A stretch of DNA of 64,000 nucleotides from the NCBI GenBank assembly GCA_034189385.1, contig JAXHVD010000022.1:8005-72004 (forward strand). The letters are read 5' to 3'. How positions within the stretch are numbered: position 1 is the first letter of the stretch; every line of letters starts with the position of its first letter. A program made the translations under genes and the position numbers. The DNA is from Thermodesulfobacteriota bacterium (GTDB lineage: Bacteria > Desulfobacterota > Desulfobacteria > Desulfobacterales > C00003060). Of the stretch, positions 39,625 to 50,202 are shown piece by piece. The notes below the pieces were generated by a model that ran no database searches, was not told where the DNA came from, and saw only the letters and a program-made list of their open reading frames with translations.

Positions 39625-40905
39625 GTGATCATTCTTTACAATATATTGCTTTCCATGGGCATCGTTTTATGCCTGCCTGTCATCGTCGTAAAGGTGCTGA
39701 CGGACCAGAAGAGGGGCCGCACCGTTTTCAGGAGACTGGGCGTGCATCGTTTTACCAAGGCCCCTGCAACAAGACCGATTTGGGTTCATGCCCTTTCTGT
39801 TGGTGAGGTGCTGGCCGCTACCCCCTTGGTAGAAGAGATACGAAAAACGCACGCCCATTGGCCTGTCGTCGTATCGGTATCAACGCTTACCGGTTATGAG
39901 ATTGCCAAAAGGACCTTGGAAGCCGATGTTGATCAGATCTTTTACTTTCCCTATGACGTGGTTTGGTCTGTGAGAAGGATCATTCGCTCCATCCATCCTG
40001 CCATATTCATCTTGGTGGAATCAGATATTTGGCCGAATTTCGTATACGAGATGAAGAGACAGCACATTCCCTTTGTTCTTGTAAACGGCCGGATTTCGCC
40101 AAGGTCTTTTTCTGGATATGGATATTTTTCTTTCTTCATGAGGCATGTGTTTTCCAACGTGTCCAGCATTTGCACCCAGACCGCCATGGATGCCAGGCGG
40201 TTTCTGGCAATCGGGACTCCACCTGAGAAGATTCACATCACGGGAAATATGAAGTTTGATCAGGCGCCTGTCTTTGCATCCTGTGAAGAGGTCAGTGAAA
40301 TGAGAGCGGCCATGGGCATCACACCAGTGGCTAAGGTGGTGGTGGCAGGAAGCACTCATGAGGGTGAGGAGGCGGTGCTGTCGCGTTGCGTCCGGGCCCT
40401 GAAGAGGAATTTCCCAGACCTTGTGTTGGTCCTGGTGCCGAGAGATCCATTGCGGGCCAAGAGCATTCAGGCAATCCTTAGCCAAACAGGATGTCTTGCT
40501 TTGTTGAAAACCCAATTAGGGAAAATGGAGCCAAAGTACATGCCGGAGGTCATCATTGTCGATACCATAGGCGAACTGAGACGACTATATGCCATGGCTG
40601 ACGTCGTATTTGTGGGAAAAAGCCTGGTAGATCTGGGAGGGCAGAATCCACTGGAACCAGCAGCCTTGAAAAAGCCCATACTCTTTGGGCCTCATATGTT
40701 CAATTTTCAACGCGTTTCCGAGCAACTTGTTCGACAAGGTGGCGCCCTACAGGTGGCAAACGAGGAGGAACTTTTGCATCAGCTAGATGCGCTGCTGGCC
40801 GATGCCGCCAGATCCGAAGCTATGGGAATGGAGGCCTACAGGGTTTTTCAGATGAACCGAGGCGCTGTTGACAACACCTTAAGGGTGATTGAGGAGTTTC
40901 TGTAG
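39625..40905 (+). CDS. waaA: Kdo transferase, copy 1
   Basis: IWVHALSVGE, ESDIWPN, GNMKFD, AGSTHEGEE and GGQNPLEPA motifs; start uncertain. Confidence 0.96.
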   Translation: MIILYNILLSMGIVLCLPVIVVKVLTDQKRGRTVFRRLGVHRFTKAPATRPIWVHALSVGEVLAATPLVEEIRKTHAHWPVVVSVSTLTGYEIAKRTLEADVDQIFYFPYDVVWSVRRIIRSIHPAIFILVESDIWPNFVYEMKRQHIPFVLVNGRISPRSFSGYGYFSFFMRHVFSNVSSICTQTAMDARRFLAIGTPPEKIHITGNMKFDQAPVFASCEEVSEMRAAMGITPVAKVVVAGSTHEGEEAVLSRCVRALKRNFPDLVLVLVPRDPLRAKSIQAILSQTGCLALLKTQLGKMEPKYMPEVIIVDTIGELRRLYAMADVVFVGKSLVDLGGQNPLEPAALKKPILFGPHMFNFQRVSEQLVRQGGALQVANEEELLHQLDALLADAARSEAMGMEAYRVFQMNRGAVDNTLRVIEEFL

Positions 40906-40907
40906 GA

Positions 40908-42020
40908 ATGGCTTCTCTGCGGAGCAAGATCGAGCGTGCCATGACTCAGGGGGGTGGGGCCGCCCGTCCCTTTTCATCACCCTTTGAATGGATACTCTAC
41001 GTTTGTTCCCGGGTTTACGAACTTGCCGTGAGGCTCAGGCTCTGTCTTTACCAAAAGGGCATTTTTCGGCAAGAGGGATTACCGTGCAAGGTGATTTCTA
41101 TCGGCAACTTGACGGTGGGGGGCACTGGAAAGACTCCCATGGTGCATTATGTAGCGACGCTGCTAAAGAAGATTGGCCTTGAGGTGGCCGTGATTAGTCG
41201 GGGATATGGAGGGGATGCCCAGCGATCGGGAGGCATTGTCTCAAATGGTAAGACCACCTTCATGGGACCAGAGGCATCAGGGGACGAACCCCAACTCTTG
41301 GCTTTAAAACTCAAGGGGATTCCATTGCTTGTGGGAAAGAACCGCTGTCGGGAAGCCAGGCGCGTCATTAAAGAATTCGGCGTATCGGTCCTGGTCCTGG
41401 ATGACGGGTTCCAACACCTGCGTATGAAGAGGGACCTCGATCTGTTGCTCCTGGATAGCAAAAGGCCTTTTGGCAACGGCTACTGTCTTCCAAGGGGGAC
41501 CCTTCGGGAACCTGTGAGACAGATGAAGCGTGCCACGGCCATAGTCCTCACGAGATGGCCAGAAACCTGCAGCCTGGCTCCAGAGCGCTCTATTACCGAG
41601 GCTTGTGCCGAAGGACGTCCGATGTTCAAGTGTAGGCATGTGCCTGAGGCGCTATTTCCGGCTGGTAAAGAGGTGCCCCTGGAGCCGTCAAGTCTAAAGG
41701 GGCGAAGGCTTTTTGCCTTTTCCGGCCTTGGCCGAAATGAGTCCTTTCAAGAAACCATTGGCCAACTCAAAGGCCAGCTAGTCGGCTTCAGCGAGTTTCC
41801 GGACCATCATGGGTATTCTCATCGTGACCTGCGTTCAATCTGGAAAAGAGCCAGGGACTTGAAGGTTGACAACATCATCACAACTGAGAAGGATTTTGTA
41901 AAGATTCATACTGAGATTCCGGAAACCCCGCCGCTGTTGGTACTGGCGATTTCGATTTCATTTGGGGATGACGGGAAACGTTTTGACAGGTATGTGAGAA
42001 ACTGGGCCTTGTCTCCTTAA
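40908..42020 (+). CDS. lpxK: Tetraacyldisaccharide 4'-kinase
   Basis: GNLTVGGTGKTP, SRGYG, GDEP, LDDGFQH and TTEKD motifs. Confidence 0.98.
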   Translation: MASLRSKIERAMTQGGGAARPFSSPFEWILYVCSRVYELAVRLRLCLYQKGIFRQEGLPCKVISIGNLTVGGTGKTPMVHYVATLLKKIGLEVAVISRGYGGDAQRSGGIVSNGKTTFMGPEASGDEPQLLALKLKGIPLLVGKNRCREARRVIKEFGVSVLVLDDGFQHLRMKRDLDLLLLDSKRPFGNGYCLPRGTLREPVRQMKRATAIVLTRWPETCSLAPERSITEACAEGRPMFKCRHVPEALFPAGKEVPLEPSSLKGRRLFAFSGLGRNESFQETIGQLKGQLVGFSEFPDHHGYSHRDLRSIWKRARDLKVDNIITTEKDFVKIHTEIPETPPLLVLAISISFGDDGKRFDRYVRNWALSP

Positions 42021-42103
42021 CTGGTTGACTGGCTAAATAGTTGACTGGTTAAGTGCTCGGCGTTGGGCCGTTTTCGCGCTGACTAATGGACTACTCAACC
42101 AAT
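42018..42103. repeat. Degenerate octamer tandem arrays
   Basis: TAACTGGT-TGACTGGC-TAAATAGT-TGACTGGT, then TGACTAAT-GGACTACT-CAACCAAT. Confidence 0.5.
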
Positions 42104-43144
42104 AAGAACATACTCATCGTGAAAATGAGTTCCATCGGAGACGTGATACATACACTGCCGGCGGTGAATGCCCTAAGGGCACATTTTCCAGATGCCCGCA
42201 TTACGTGGTTGGTGGAAGAGGCGGCGTCAGCGATTGTTGCATCCCATGAGGCCGTTGATCGTATGCTTATTTCAAAGAGGAGTCGATGGGTGAGGGGGCT
42301 TTTGGGGGCATCGTGCCTTGAAAATGCTAAAGAGATCTTTCGCTTCGCAGGGGAACTCCGAGACACCAGATATGACTTGGTCATTGACTTTCAAGGGCTG
42401 ATGAAGAGCGCTGCCATGGTGGCCCTTTGCAGAGGAAAGCGTAAGATCGGCTACAACAGGACCAGGGAATGGAGTTACCTCGCTCTTGACGAACGCATAG
42501 AGCCCTATGATATAAATACCCACGCAGTTTACAGATACTTGAATCTGATAAGCCATTTGGACGTTGACACGTCAAAGATAGAGTTCAAGATTCCCTATGA
42601 CGAGAAGGACCTGTCGCGTGTCCAAACCATGCTCCGTGAAGGAGGATGGAGTAGTGGACAACCCGTTGTTGCCATGAACCCGGTGGCAAGGTGGGAGACG
42701 AAGCTGTGGGACGCAGAAAAATTCGCTCATCTGGCAGACAGGCTCATAGCACACTCACGATGCCTTGTAGTATTTACCGGAAACGAGGCCGACAGGGAAG
42801 AAATCGCCAAGATTAGGTCTAGGATGAACCATTCGTGCATGGATTTATCGGGCCGGACCGGTTTAAGGCAATTGGCGGCCCTTTACGCGATATCCACTTG
42901 TGTGGTATCTACGGACACAGGGCCCATGCATCTGGCTGCAGCAACGGAAACCCCTGTGGTGGCCCTCTTTGGTCCCACTGCCCCATGGAGGACAGGTCCC
43001 TTCGGTGAGGGTCACCAGGTCTTACGCTCAGAGATATCCTGCAGCCCCTGTTTCAAAAGAAAATGTGACAGTAAGACTTGCATGCAGGATATTTCCGTTT
43101 CGGGCGTTTTTGACTCTGTTGCAGCGATTCTGAAGAGGAGTTGA
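42086..43144 (+). CDS. GT9 LPS heptosyltransferase (WaaC-like)
   Basis: ILIVKMSSIGDVIH, DFQGLMKS, DTGPMHLA and LFGPT motifs. Confidence 0.92.
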   Translation: MDYSTNKNILIVKMSSIGDVIHTLPAVNALRAHFPDARITWLVEEAASAIVASHEAVDRMLISKRSRWVRGLLGASCLENAKEIFRFAGELRDTRYDLVIDFQGLMKSAAMVALCRGKRKIGYNRTREWSYLALDERIEPYDINTHAVYRYLNLISHLDVDTSKIEFKIPYDEKDLSRVQTMLREGGWSSGQPVVAMNPVARWETKLWDAEKFAHLADRLIAHSRCLVVFTGNEADREEIAKIRSRMNHSCMDLSGRTGLRQLAALYAISTCVVSTDTGPMHLAAATETPVVALFGPTAPWRTGPFGEGHQVLRSEISCSPCFKRKCDSKTCMQDISVSGVFDSVAAILKRS

Positions 43145-43202
43145 GCCATTCGAAGACTAGTCGCATAGTCGAGTGGTTGAGCAGCAAAAGGGAGGTAAAG
43201 GC

Positions 43203-43376
43203 ATGACAATCAGCGAGGAGTTATTGGATATTTTGGCATGTCCCAAATGCAAAGGGGATATTTATCTTAACAAGACAAAAGACGGGCTTATCTGCGATAA
43301 GTGTAAACTCCTTTATGAAATCAAGGACGACATTCCCATCATGTTGATCGATGAAGCCAAGCCCATAGAGACATGA
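43203..43376 (+). CDS. Trm112/YcaR-family protein
   Basis: LLDILACPKCKG...IKDDIPIMLIDEA. Confidence 0.95.
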   Translation: MTISEELLDILACPKCKGDIYLNKTKDGLICDKCKLLYEIKDDIPIMLIDEAKPIET

Positions 43377-43432
43377 GAGGCGGGAAGGCTGTTTATGGCT
43401 GTTTTTTTTAGATGAGACGGGTGTAGGATGAG

Positions 43433-44107
43433 ATGTTCGACTCTTTGAAACTGTCCGATTTGTCCAAAAAGCGTTGTATGCTCCTTCGGCATGGCTCCCA
43501 CACGAGACCTGCTTTGTGGGTGGTGAAAGAACATGGAGTGCGGGCTGTTGTGAAAGACTTCAGTCGAGGGAAGCTGTTCTATCGAGGCATTATTGGAAGA
43601 TTTCTCGTATGGAGGGAAAGGAAGGCGTATAGAAAGCTGCGCGGCCTAAGGGGTATCCCCGCCTTATATGGAGTGATTGACGGTCTGGCATTGGTTCTGG
43701 AGGAAATTCCGGGCAAGAGGTTGAAAAAGCATAAAGGGGATACAGCGCTTTCCAAAGCCTTCTTTGATGCATTGGAAGAGACGATTGAAGACTTTCACCG
43801 AAGAGGTGTGGCCCATTGTGATTTGAAGAATGCAAGTAATATCTTGGTGGGTAACGATGGGATGCCCTACATCGTGGATTGGGCTGCTTCCATTTCTGAG
43901 AGGGAATTGAGGTTCTTTCCCTTGAATCTCATCTACCGAAGATTTGTGTCAGATGATCGCGCGGCCATCACCAAGTTGGAGTTACAATATCGCCCCGATC
44001 TCCTGAGCCCAGAAGAGAAACGGTGTTATCAAGACCGGAGTCTTGTAGAAAGAGCCGTCAGAGGTGTTAGGAATGCTCTCCGCAGGGCGTTGCAGAGAAT
44101 CGCCTGA
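43433..44107 (+). CDS. Kdo/WaaP/RIO-like kinase, copy 1
   Basis: VVKDF, RE..AY, HCDLKNASNIL and VDWA motifs. Confidence 0.85.
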   Translation: MFDSLKLSDLSKKRCMLLRHGSHTRPALWVVKEHGVRAVVKDFSRGKLFYRGIIGRFLVWRERKAYRKLRGLRGIPALYGVIDGLALVLEEIPGKRLKKHKGDTALSKAFFDALEETIEDFHRRGVAHCDLKNASNILVGNDGMPYIVDWAASISERELRFFPLNLIYRRFVSDDRAAITKLELQYRPDLLSPEEKRCYQDRSLVERAVRGVRNALRRALQRIA

Positions 44108-44206
44108 GTGTTTGGTGGGGTCATCGATTGCCCAAAACAGATCTTTTTTACCTCGACGAAACCTTTCTTTCTACACCAAGTATTGCCAGGAACCCTGGAG
44201 GTTAAG

Positions 44207-44797
44207 ATGCTGCGAAATGCAGTGAGTCGCATCCACGAGATTTTCAACGATCGATGGCTGAGATCTTTGCTCAGAAAACTCCGTTACGCAATCTTTTTGG
44301 TCGCTATAGTAGTCTTGATTCCTCAAATAGAGCCTTCTTGGTTCCTGCCTGGATGTTTTCTGTGCCTTTTTGGGGAATCGATTCAGCTTTGGTGCTTCGC
44401 CTCTTTAGACAAAAACACGACACTCGCCGTGAAAGGACCCTATACCTTAATGCGAAACCCCATGTACATTGGCCGCTTCTTTCTTTTACTCGGGTGCCTG
44501 CTACTCACGGGGAATATCTGGATAATCATTGTCTTCACCCTCCTTTACTATTTTTATATGGTGAATCGGGTTCAAAGGGAAGAGGGCAAATTAAAGCGTG
44601 TCTTTGGGGAAGCATATGAGGATTACTGCCGAAAGGTGAACAGGTTCGTGCCGTCCTTTAAAGGAGTCGCCCCTGGATCATTATGGTTTTTCAGATGGGA
44701 ACTTCTTCTGAATAACAACGGACACTGGAACGCACTGGCAGTTATCATCTCTTTCGCAGTCTTCTATTTTTTTACCTTTGTCTATTCCGCGTCCTGA
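44207..44797 (+). CDS. ICMT/PEMT-family membrane methyltransferase
   Basis: LAVKGPY..MRNPMYIG, REE..L...FGEAY.DY and V.RF.P motifs. Confidence 0.9.
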   Translation: MLRNAVSRIHEIFNDRWLRSLLRKLRYAIFLVAIVVLIPQIEPSWFLPGCFLCLFGESIQLWCFASLDKNTTLAVKGPYTLMRNPMYIGRFFLLLGCLLLTGNIWIIIVFTLLYYFYMVNRVQREEGKLKRVFGEAYEDYCRKVNRFVPSFKGVAPGSLWFFRWELLLNNNGHWNALAVIISFAVFYFFTFVYSAS

Positions 44798-44877
44798 GAG
44801 ATCATCTTTGGCAAGGTGAAATCGTCATCCTTGATGGCTTTTCTGTGGATGTAACATCTGCCAAGAGGCAATATATT

Positions 44878-45555
44878 ATGCGCATACTTCTGGTTGAAGA
44901 TGATCTTAAGATTGCCTCTTTCATTCTAAAGGGGTTAAAGGAAGCGGGATTTGCTGTGGACCATGCAGTGGATGGGGAAGAGGGGCTCCATATGGCTTTA
45001 ATGGAACCCTACGACACGGCCATTATTGACATCATGTTGCCCAAATTGGATGGTCTGAGTCTTATTGAGAGATTAAGGCAGAAAAAGACCAAGACACCTG
45101 TTATCATCTTGAGTGCTAAACGGTCGGTAGATGATCGCGTGAAGGGGCTCCAAAGAGGCGGTGACGACTATCTCACAAAGCCTTTCGCTTTTTCTGAGCT
45201 TCTGGCTCGTGTACAAGCACTCATCCGAAGGGCAACGGATGCTTCAGAGCCTTCAAGTCTTTCGGTCGGTGATCTCTCCATGAACCTGCTTACCCGTGAG
45301 GTGGCCAGAGGGGACAAGAAGATCGACTTGCAGCCTCGCGAGTTTGCTCTGCTTGAATATCTGATGCGCAACGCAGGAAGGGTCGTTTCCAAGACCATGA
45401 TCATGGAACATGTCTGGGACTACAATTTTGACCCGCAGACCAACATTGTGGAGGTAAGGATATGCAGGTTGCGAGATAAGGTTGACAAAGATTTCGGGGT
45501 GAAGCTGATTCAAACCATTCGCGGGGCGGGATATGTACTTAGGGAAGCTACTTAG
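44878..45555 (+). CDS. OmpR-family response regulator (CusR/CzcR-like), copy 1
   Basis: MRILLVEDD, DIMLP, DDYLTKPF, HVWDYNFD..TNIVEV and TIRGAGY motifs. Confidence 0.95.
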   Translation: MRILLVEDDLKIASFILKGLKEAGFAVDHAVDGEEGLHMALMEPYDTAIIDIMLPKLDGLSLIERLRQKKTKTPVIILSAKRSVDDRVKGLQRGGDDYLTKPFAFSELLARVQALIRRATDASEPSSLSVGDLSMNLLTREVARGDKKIDLQPREFALLEYLMRNAGRVVSKTMIMEHVWDYNFDPQTNIVEVRICRLRDKVDKDFGVKLIQTIRGAGYVLREAT

Positions 45556-46948
45556 ACTACGCCATACACTGGCGTTCAGACTCACCGTTTGGTACGCGGG
45601 CATATTCATCCTTTCATCTTTTGGGGGTTTTCTCGTCTTCTATCTGATGAACATTTCACTCATTCAGGAGGCCACTGATCAAGAACTCCTTAACGAGCGA
45701 ACCGAATTTGCAACTCTCTTGAAATCGCAGGGTATTGATGCGGTGAAGACAGCAGCACAGCTTGAGGCCGAGTCTGAGGGTGTGGACAGAATGTTTTATC
45801 GCGTTCTCACCCTGTCCGGTAAGCTCCTTTGCACATCCGACATGTCAAGCTGGGGGAATCTAGCTGTCGACAGTGCGACATTACAGGGATTAAGTGGGGG
45901 AACCGGCTACCTCTTGGAAACAATGGCTATGCCAGAACACCAATATGACACCCGGATCCTCTACGCATTGATCGGGCCCGAAACCGTGTTACAGATAGGC
46001 TTGTCATTGGAAGAGAACGCCCAGTTTCTGAAAAAGTTTCAAAGGTTATTTATTGTAATTATCGCTGCCATCGCTGTTTTTGCTGGTTTGATAGGATGGT
46101 TCTTGGCAAGACGGGCAGTGCTGGGTGTGGAGGACGTTACCCGAACGGCACGCCATATATCGGAAGGTGCTTTGGAAAAGCGCGTTCCCGTGAAATCCCG
46201 AGGAGATGAAATCGAACAGCTGGCAACCACCTTCAATAGCATGCTGGACCGGATTCAGACGCTGGTTATAGGCATGAGAGAGATGACTGACAACATTGCC
46301 CATGACCTTAAAACGCCTATTACCAGAGTGCGAGGTGTGGCCGAAATGACCTTGACCACGGGAAAATCCATAGAGGATTACAGAGGCATGGCAGCGAACA
46401 CCATAGAGGAGTGTGATCGTCTCCTTCAAATGATAAGGACGATGCTGGATATCTCAGAAGCTGAGGCAGGAGTCGTTAAGCTGGATATAGAAGAAACGGA
46501 TATTTGCCAAGTCATTTGCGAGGCATGTGAGCTCTTTGAGCCAATAGCTGAGGACAAGGGCATAGACATTGTACATAGATTGCCTCCCACTTGTCTGATA
46601 CGTGCTGATACTCAGAGACTTCAACGAATGATAGCCAATCTTTTGGATAACGCGCTAAAATACACCGAACGCGAAGGCACGGTGAGCATTGCTGCCAATG
46701 GAGATCGACATCAGATCCTCATCTCAGTCCATGACACAGGGATCGGGATCTCCAAGGACGACCTGCCCCATATTTTTGACCGGTTCTATCGGTGCGATCT
46801 GAGTCGCTCAGAGCCGGGTGTCGGTTTGGGCCTGAGTCTGGCCCTGGCAATTGCTCGGGCTCACGGTGGTAACATTACGGCTGAAAGCTGTGTCGGTAAA
46901 GGGAGCACCTTTACGATATCCCTCCCACGAGCGCCTCTTTCTCACTAA
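45533..46948 (+). CDS. HAMP-domain sensor histidine kinase
   Basis: Two TMs, HAMP, AHDLKTP, NLLDNALKY, DTGIGI and GLGLS motifs. Confidence 0.96.
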   Translation: MYLGKLLRLRHTLAFRLTVWYAGIFILSSFGGFLVFYLMNISLIQEATDQELLNERTEFATLLKSQGIDAVKTAAQLEAESEGVDRMFYRVLTLSGKLLCTSDMSSWGNLAVDSATLQGLSGGTGYLLETMAMPEHQYDTRILYALIGPETVLQIGLSLEENAQFLKKFQRLFIVIIAAIAVFAGLIGWFLARRAVLGVEDVTRTARHISEGALEKRVPVKSRGDEIEQLATTFNSMLDRIQTLVIGMREMTDNIAHDLKTPITRVRGVAEMTLTTGKSIEDYRGMAANTIEECDRLLQMIRTMLDISEAEAGVVKLDIEETDICQVICEACELFEPIAEDKGIDIVHRLPPTCLIRADTQRLQRMIANLLDNALKYTEREGTVSIAANGDRHQILISVHDTGIGISKDDLPHIFDRFYRCDLSRSEPGVGLGLSLALAIARAHGGNITAESCVGKGSTFTISLPRAPLSH

Positions 46949-46961
46949 GCCCATCTGAAAT

Positions 46962-46999
46962 ATTACCAAATGGTAATCCCCCGGTAATTTCCTCGTTAG
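46962..46999 (+). promoter_or_regulatory. ATTAC-N6-GTAAT box with 11-bp-spaced GTAAT repeats, copy 1
   Basis: ATTACCAAATGGTAAT at 46962-46977, identical at 50518-50533. Confidence 0.7.
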
Positions 47000-47346
47000 G
47001 TTGTTGTGCTAATCAATCATTTATTGTCAGGGTGCCTACCCCCCTTTTGGCGGGTATCGGTAAACGGCAATTGATGAAGACGCAATGAACACTGTTCTGA
47101 CAGAGCGCAGGGGCCATCTTTATCAGATCCAGAGTGGCAAGAAGTGAAAATGAACAATATTGGTGGGCGCATGGAGAAGGCGAATGGCCTTGAGTTGTGA
47201 GTCAGTGAAATGCGATGACGATCTGATTGATCTTTTCGTCCCGTATCCCCACTGCTCCAGCTCTTCATTGAAGCGGGATGGATCGATCGGACAGAAATGG
47301 CTTGAAGCCAAGGAGTTGCAGAACCTCCAGAAAACAGGCTCAGATT

Positions 47347-48627
47347 ATGATCGTTCTCTACAACATGGTGATGTTGATAGGCAGCGCCCTGGCGCTGCCC
47401 GTTATTTTCGCAAAGATACTCACTTCTGAGAAACGGCAAAAAACGCTTGTCCGGCGTTTCCACCCAGATGTTTGCATTAGGGCTTCTGAGGCAAGACCGA
47501 TTTGGGTTCATGCCCTTTCTGTTGGCGAGGTGCTGGCGTCTATCCCTTTGGTAAGAGAGCTGCGGAAAACGCACGCCCATTGGCCGGTCGTCGTGTCTGT
47601 CTCAACGCTGACCGGTTATGAGATTGCCAAAAGGATGTTGGAAGGCCATGTCGATCAGATCTTCTTCTTCCCCTATGACCTGGTTTGGTCTGTGAGAAGA
47701 ATCATCCGCTCCATCCATCCTGCCGTCTTCATCCTGGTGGAATCAGATATTTGGCCGAATTTCGTATACGAGATGAAGAGACAGCACATTCCTTTTGTCC
47801 TTGTAAACGGCCGGGTTTCACCAAGGTCTTTTTCAGGATATGGATGTCTGTCTTTTTTCATGAGACATGTGTTTTCCAATGTCTCCAGCATTTGCACCCA
47901 GACTGACATGGACGCCAAAAGGTTTCGGGCAATTGGAGCTCCAACTGAGAAGATTCACATCACGGGAAATATGAAGTTTGATCAGACGCCCGTCTTTATG
48001 TCCGGTGAGGAGATCAGGAAAATGAGAGCATCCCTGGGCATCACACCAGCGGCTAAGGTGGTGGTGGCAGGAAGCACTCATGAGGGTGAGGAGGCGATGC
48101 TGAGCCGTTGCTTCCAGGTCCTAAAAAGGAATTTCCCAGACCTTGTGTTGGTCCTTGTGCCGAGAGATCCGGCGCGGGCCAAGAGGATTCAAGAAATGCT
48201 TAGCCAAAACGGATGCCTGGCCCTGTTAAGAACGCAATCACCGAGAATAGACGTAGGACCCGTGCCAGAGGTCATCATTGTCGATACCATGGGGGAACTG
48301 AGACGACTATATGCCATAGCTGACGTGGTATTTGTGGGAAAAAGCCTGGTAGATCTCGGAGGGCAGAATCCACTGGAACCTGCGGCCGTAAGAAAGCCCA
48401 TACTTTTTGGACCCTACATGTTCAATTTTGAGAGCATTGCCGGGCAACTGGTTCAACAAGGCGGCGCCTCGCTGGTGGCAAACGAGGCAGATCTGTTGGA
48501 TCAGCTAGATGCCTTGCTGGCCGATGTGGGTAAGTGTGAAGCCATGGGAATGGAGGCTTACAGGGTCTTCAAGAGAAACCGTGGCGCCGTTGACAAGACC
48601 TTAAAGGTGATTGAGGAGTTTCTATAG
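47347..48627 (+). CDS. waaA: Kdo transferase, copy 2
   Basis: Full-length paralog of 39625-40905 with all motifs intact. Confidence 0.95.
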   Translation: MIVLYNMVMLIGSALALPVIFAKILTSEKRQKTLVRRFHPDVCIRASEARPIWVHALSVGEVLASIPLVRELRKTHAHWPVVVSVSTLTGYEIAKRMLEGHVDQIFFFPYDLVWSVRRIIRSIHPAVFILVESDIWPNFVYEMKRQHIPFVLVNGRVSPRSFSGYGCLSFFMRHVFSNVSSICTQTDMDAKRFRAIGAPTEKIHITGNMKFDQTPVFMSGEEIRKMRASLGITPAAKVVVAGSTHEGEEAMLSRCFQVLKRNFPDLVLVLVPRDPARAKRIQEMLSQNGCLALLRTQSPRIDVGPVPEVIIVDTMGELRRLYAIADVVFVGKSLVDLGGQNPLEPAAVRKPILFGPYMFNFESIAGQLVQQGGASLVANEADLLDQLDALLADVGKCEAMGMEAYRVFKRNRGAVDKTLKVIEEFL

Positions 48628-48636
48628 CAATTGGTG

Positions 48637-48786
48637 TTCATCACCCTTTGAGCGAACACTCTGCGCATGTTTCCTGGTTTAGGAATTGGCCATGAGGCTG
48701 AGGCCCTGTCTCGACCACAAGGGCGTTGCTAGACCAGAGGCGGTTACCGTGCAAGGTGGTTTCCAAAGGTAATCTGACGGAGGGGA
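48637..48786 (+). pseudogene. lpxK: lpxK 5' remnant
   Basis: Colinear with 40973-41122 (TTCATCACCCTTTGA...TTACCGTGCAAGGTG); has a stop and an indel, and is truncated. Confidence 0.85.
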
Positions 48787-48822
48787 AGGGTGTTTTGGAA
48801 AATGACACGGGAAGGGGAGTAG

Positions 48823-49497
48823 GTGTTCGACTCTCTGAGACTGTCTGATTTGCCTGAAAGAAGTTGCGGGATCCTGCGGCAGGTCTCGAACACAAGGCCT
48901 GTCATGTGGGTAGTAGAGGAGAATGGGCTGAGGGCTGTCGTCAAGGACTTCAGTCAGGGCAAGCTATTCTATCGAACCATTGTTGGCAGGTTTCTCGTAT
49001 GGAGGGAAAGAAAGGCGTACAGCAAGCTGAGAGGCGTTAAGGGTGTCCCTGCCCTGTATCGGGTGATCGACGGTCTGGCCTTGGTCGTGGAGGAAATTCC
49101 GGGCAAGAGGTTGAAGAAGCATAAGCGGGACATAGCGCTTTCTGAGGCCTTTTTTGATGCCCTGGAAGAGACGGTTGGACGTTTTCACCGACGTGGCATG
49201 GCCCACTGTGATCTAAAAAATGCGAGTAATGTCTTGGTGGGCCATGACGGGCTGCCCCACATCGTAGACTGGGCTGCTTCCATATGTGACAGGGAATTGA
49301 GATGGTTTCCCCTGAATCTCATCTTTAGGAGGTTCCTTTTAGACGATGAGATGGCCATCATCAAGTTAAAATTGCGACATGCCCCTGAAATGTTAAGCTC
49401 CGACGAAAGGAGGCGCTATGGGCGCCGAAGCAAGGCTGAAAAGGTGGTGAGGTCCGCGAGAGACATGTTGCGGACAAGGCTTCAAAAGATGGTGTGA
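48823..49497 (+). CDS. Kdo/WaaP/RIO-like kinase, copy 2
   Basis: 224-aa paralog of 43433-44107 with HCDLKN intact. Confidence 0.85.
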   Translation: MFDSLRLSDLPERSCGILRQVSNTRPVMWVVEENGLRAVVKDFSQGKLFYRTIVGRFLVWRERKAYSKLRGVKGVPALYRVIDGLALVVEEIPGKRLKKHKRDIALSEAFFDALEETVGRFHRRGMAHCDLKNASNVLVGHDGLPHIVDWAASICDRELRWFPLNLIFRRFLLDDEMAIIKLKLRHAPEMLSSDERRRYGRRSKAEKVVRSARDMLRTRLQKMV

Positions 49498-49533
49498 CCG
49501 CTTCGTTTTCGAAATCTTCCAGAGGTTCTTTTC

Positions 49534-50202
49534 ATGCGTATACTTTTGGTCGAAGATGATTTGAAAATTACCTTCTTTATCTCAAAGGGGTTTAAGGCGG
49601 AGGGTCTTTCAATAGACCATGCGGCAGACGGAGAAGAGGCCCTTCAGCTCCTTTTAAAGAAACCGTACGACGCGGCCATCATCGACATCATGTTGCCCAA
49701 AGTGGACGGCCTGACGGTCATTGAGGAGCTCCGGCGGCAAAATGTCAACACCCCGGTGATTATTTTGAGTGCGAGGAGGTCGGCAGATGATCGCGTGAAT
49801 CGGCTCCGAAGAGATGGTGACGATTATCTGACAAAACCTTTTGCTTTTTCCGAACTCCTGGCCCGTGTGCAGGCATTAGTTCGAAGATCCGGCGGCATTT
49901 CAGAGCCTACGGGCCTTTCGGTCGCTGATCTTTCCATTGATCTTCTCACCCATGAGGTTGTTAGAGGAAAGAAAAAAATAGACCTGCAACCTCGCGAGTA
50001 CGCCTTGCTTGAGTATTTAATGCGCAATGCGGGACGGGTCGTTTCCAAGACGATGATCATGGAACATGCCTGGGACTACAGCTTTGATCCTCAGACAAAC
50101 GTAGTCGAAGCAAGAATATGCAGATTGCGAGACAAGGTTGATAACGACTTTGGGACAAAGCTGATTCACACCATCCCAGGGGCTGGATATGTACTCAAAT
50201 AG
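49534..50202 (+). CDS. OmpR-family response regulator, copy 2
   Basis: Paralog of 44878-45555; phospho-Asp retained. Confidence 0.88.
   Translation: MRILLVEDDLKITFFISKGFKAEGLSIDHAADGEEALQLLLKKPYDAAIIDIMLPKVDGLTVIEELRRQNVNTPVIILSARRSADDRVNRLRRDGDDYLTKPFAFSELLARVQALVRRSGGISEPTGLSVADLSIDLLTHEVVRGKKKIDLQPREYALLEYLMRNAGRVVSKTMIMEHAWDYSFDPQTNVVEARICRLRDKVDNDFGTKLIHTIPGAGYVLK

Noticed and set aside
47017..47580. ORFs between the sensor kinase and waaA copy 2
   Set aside because: Antisense to waaA or without motifs; no supportable product.
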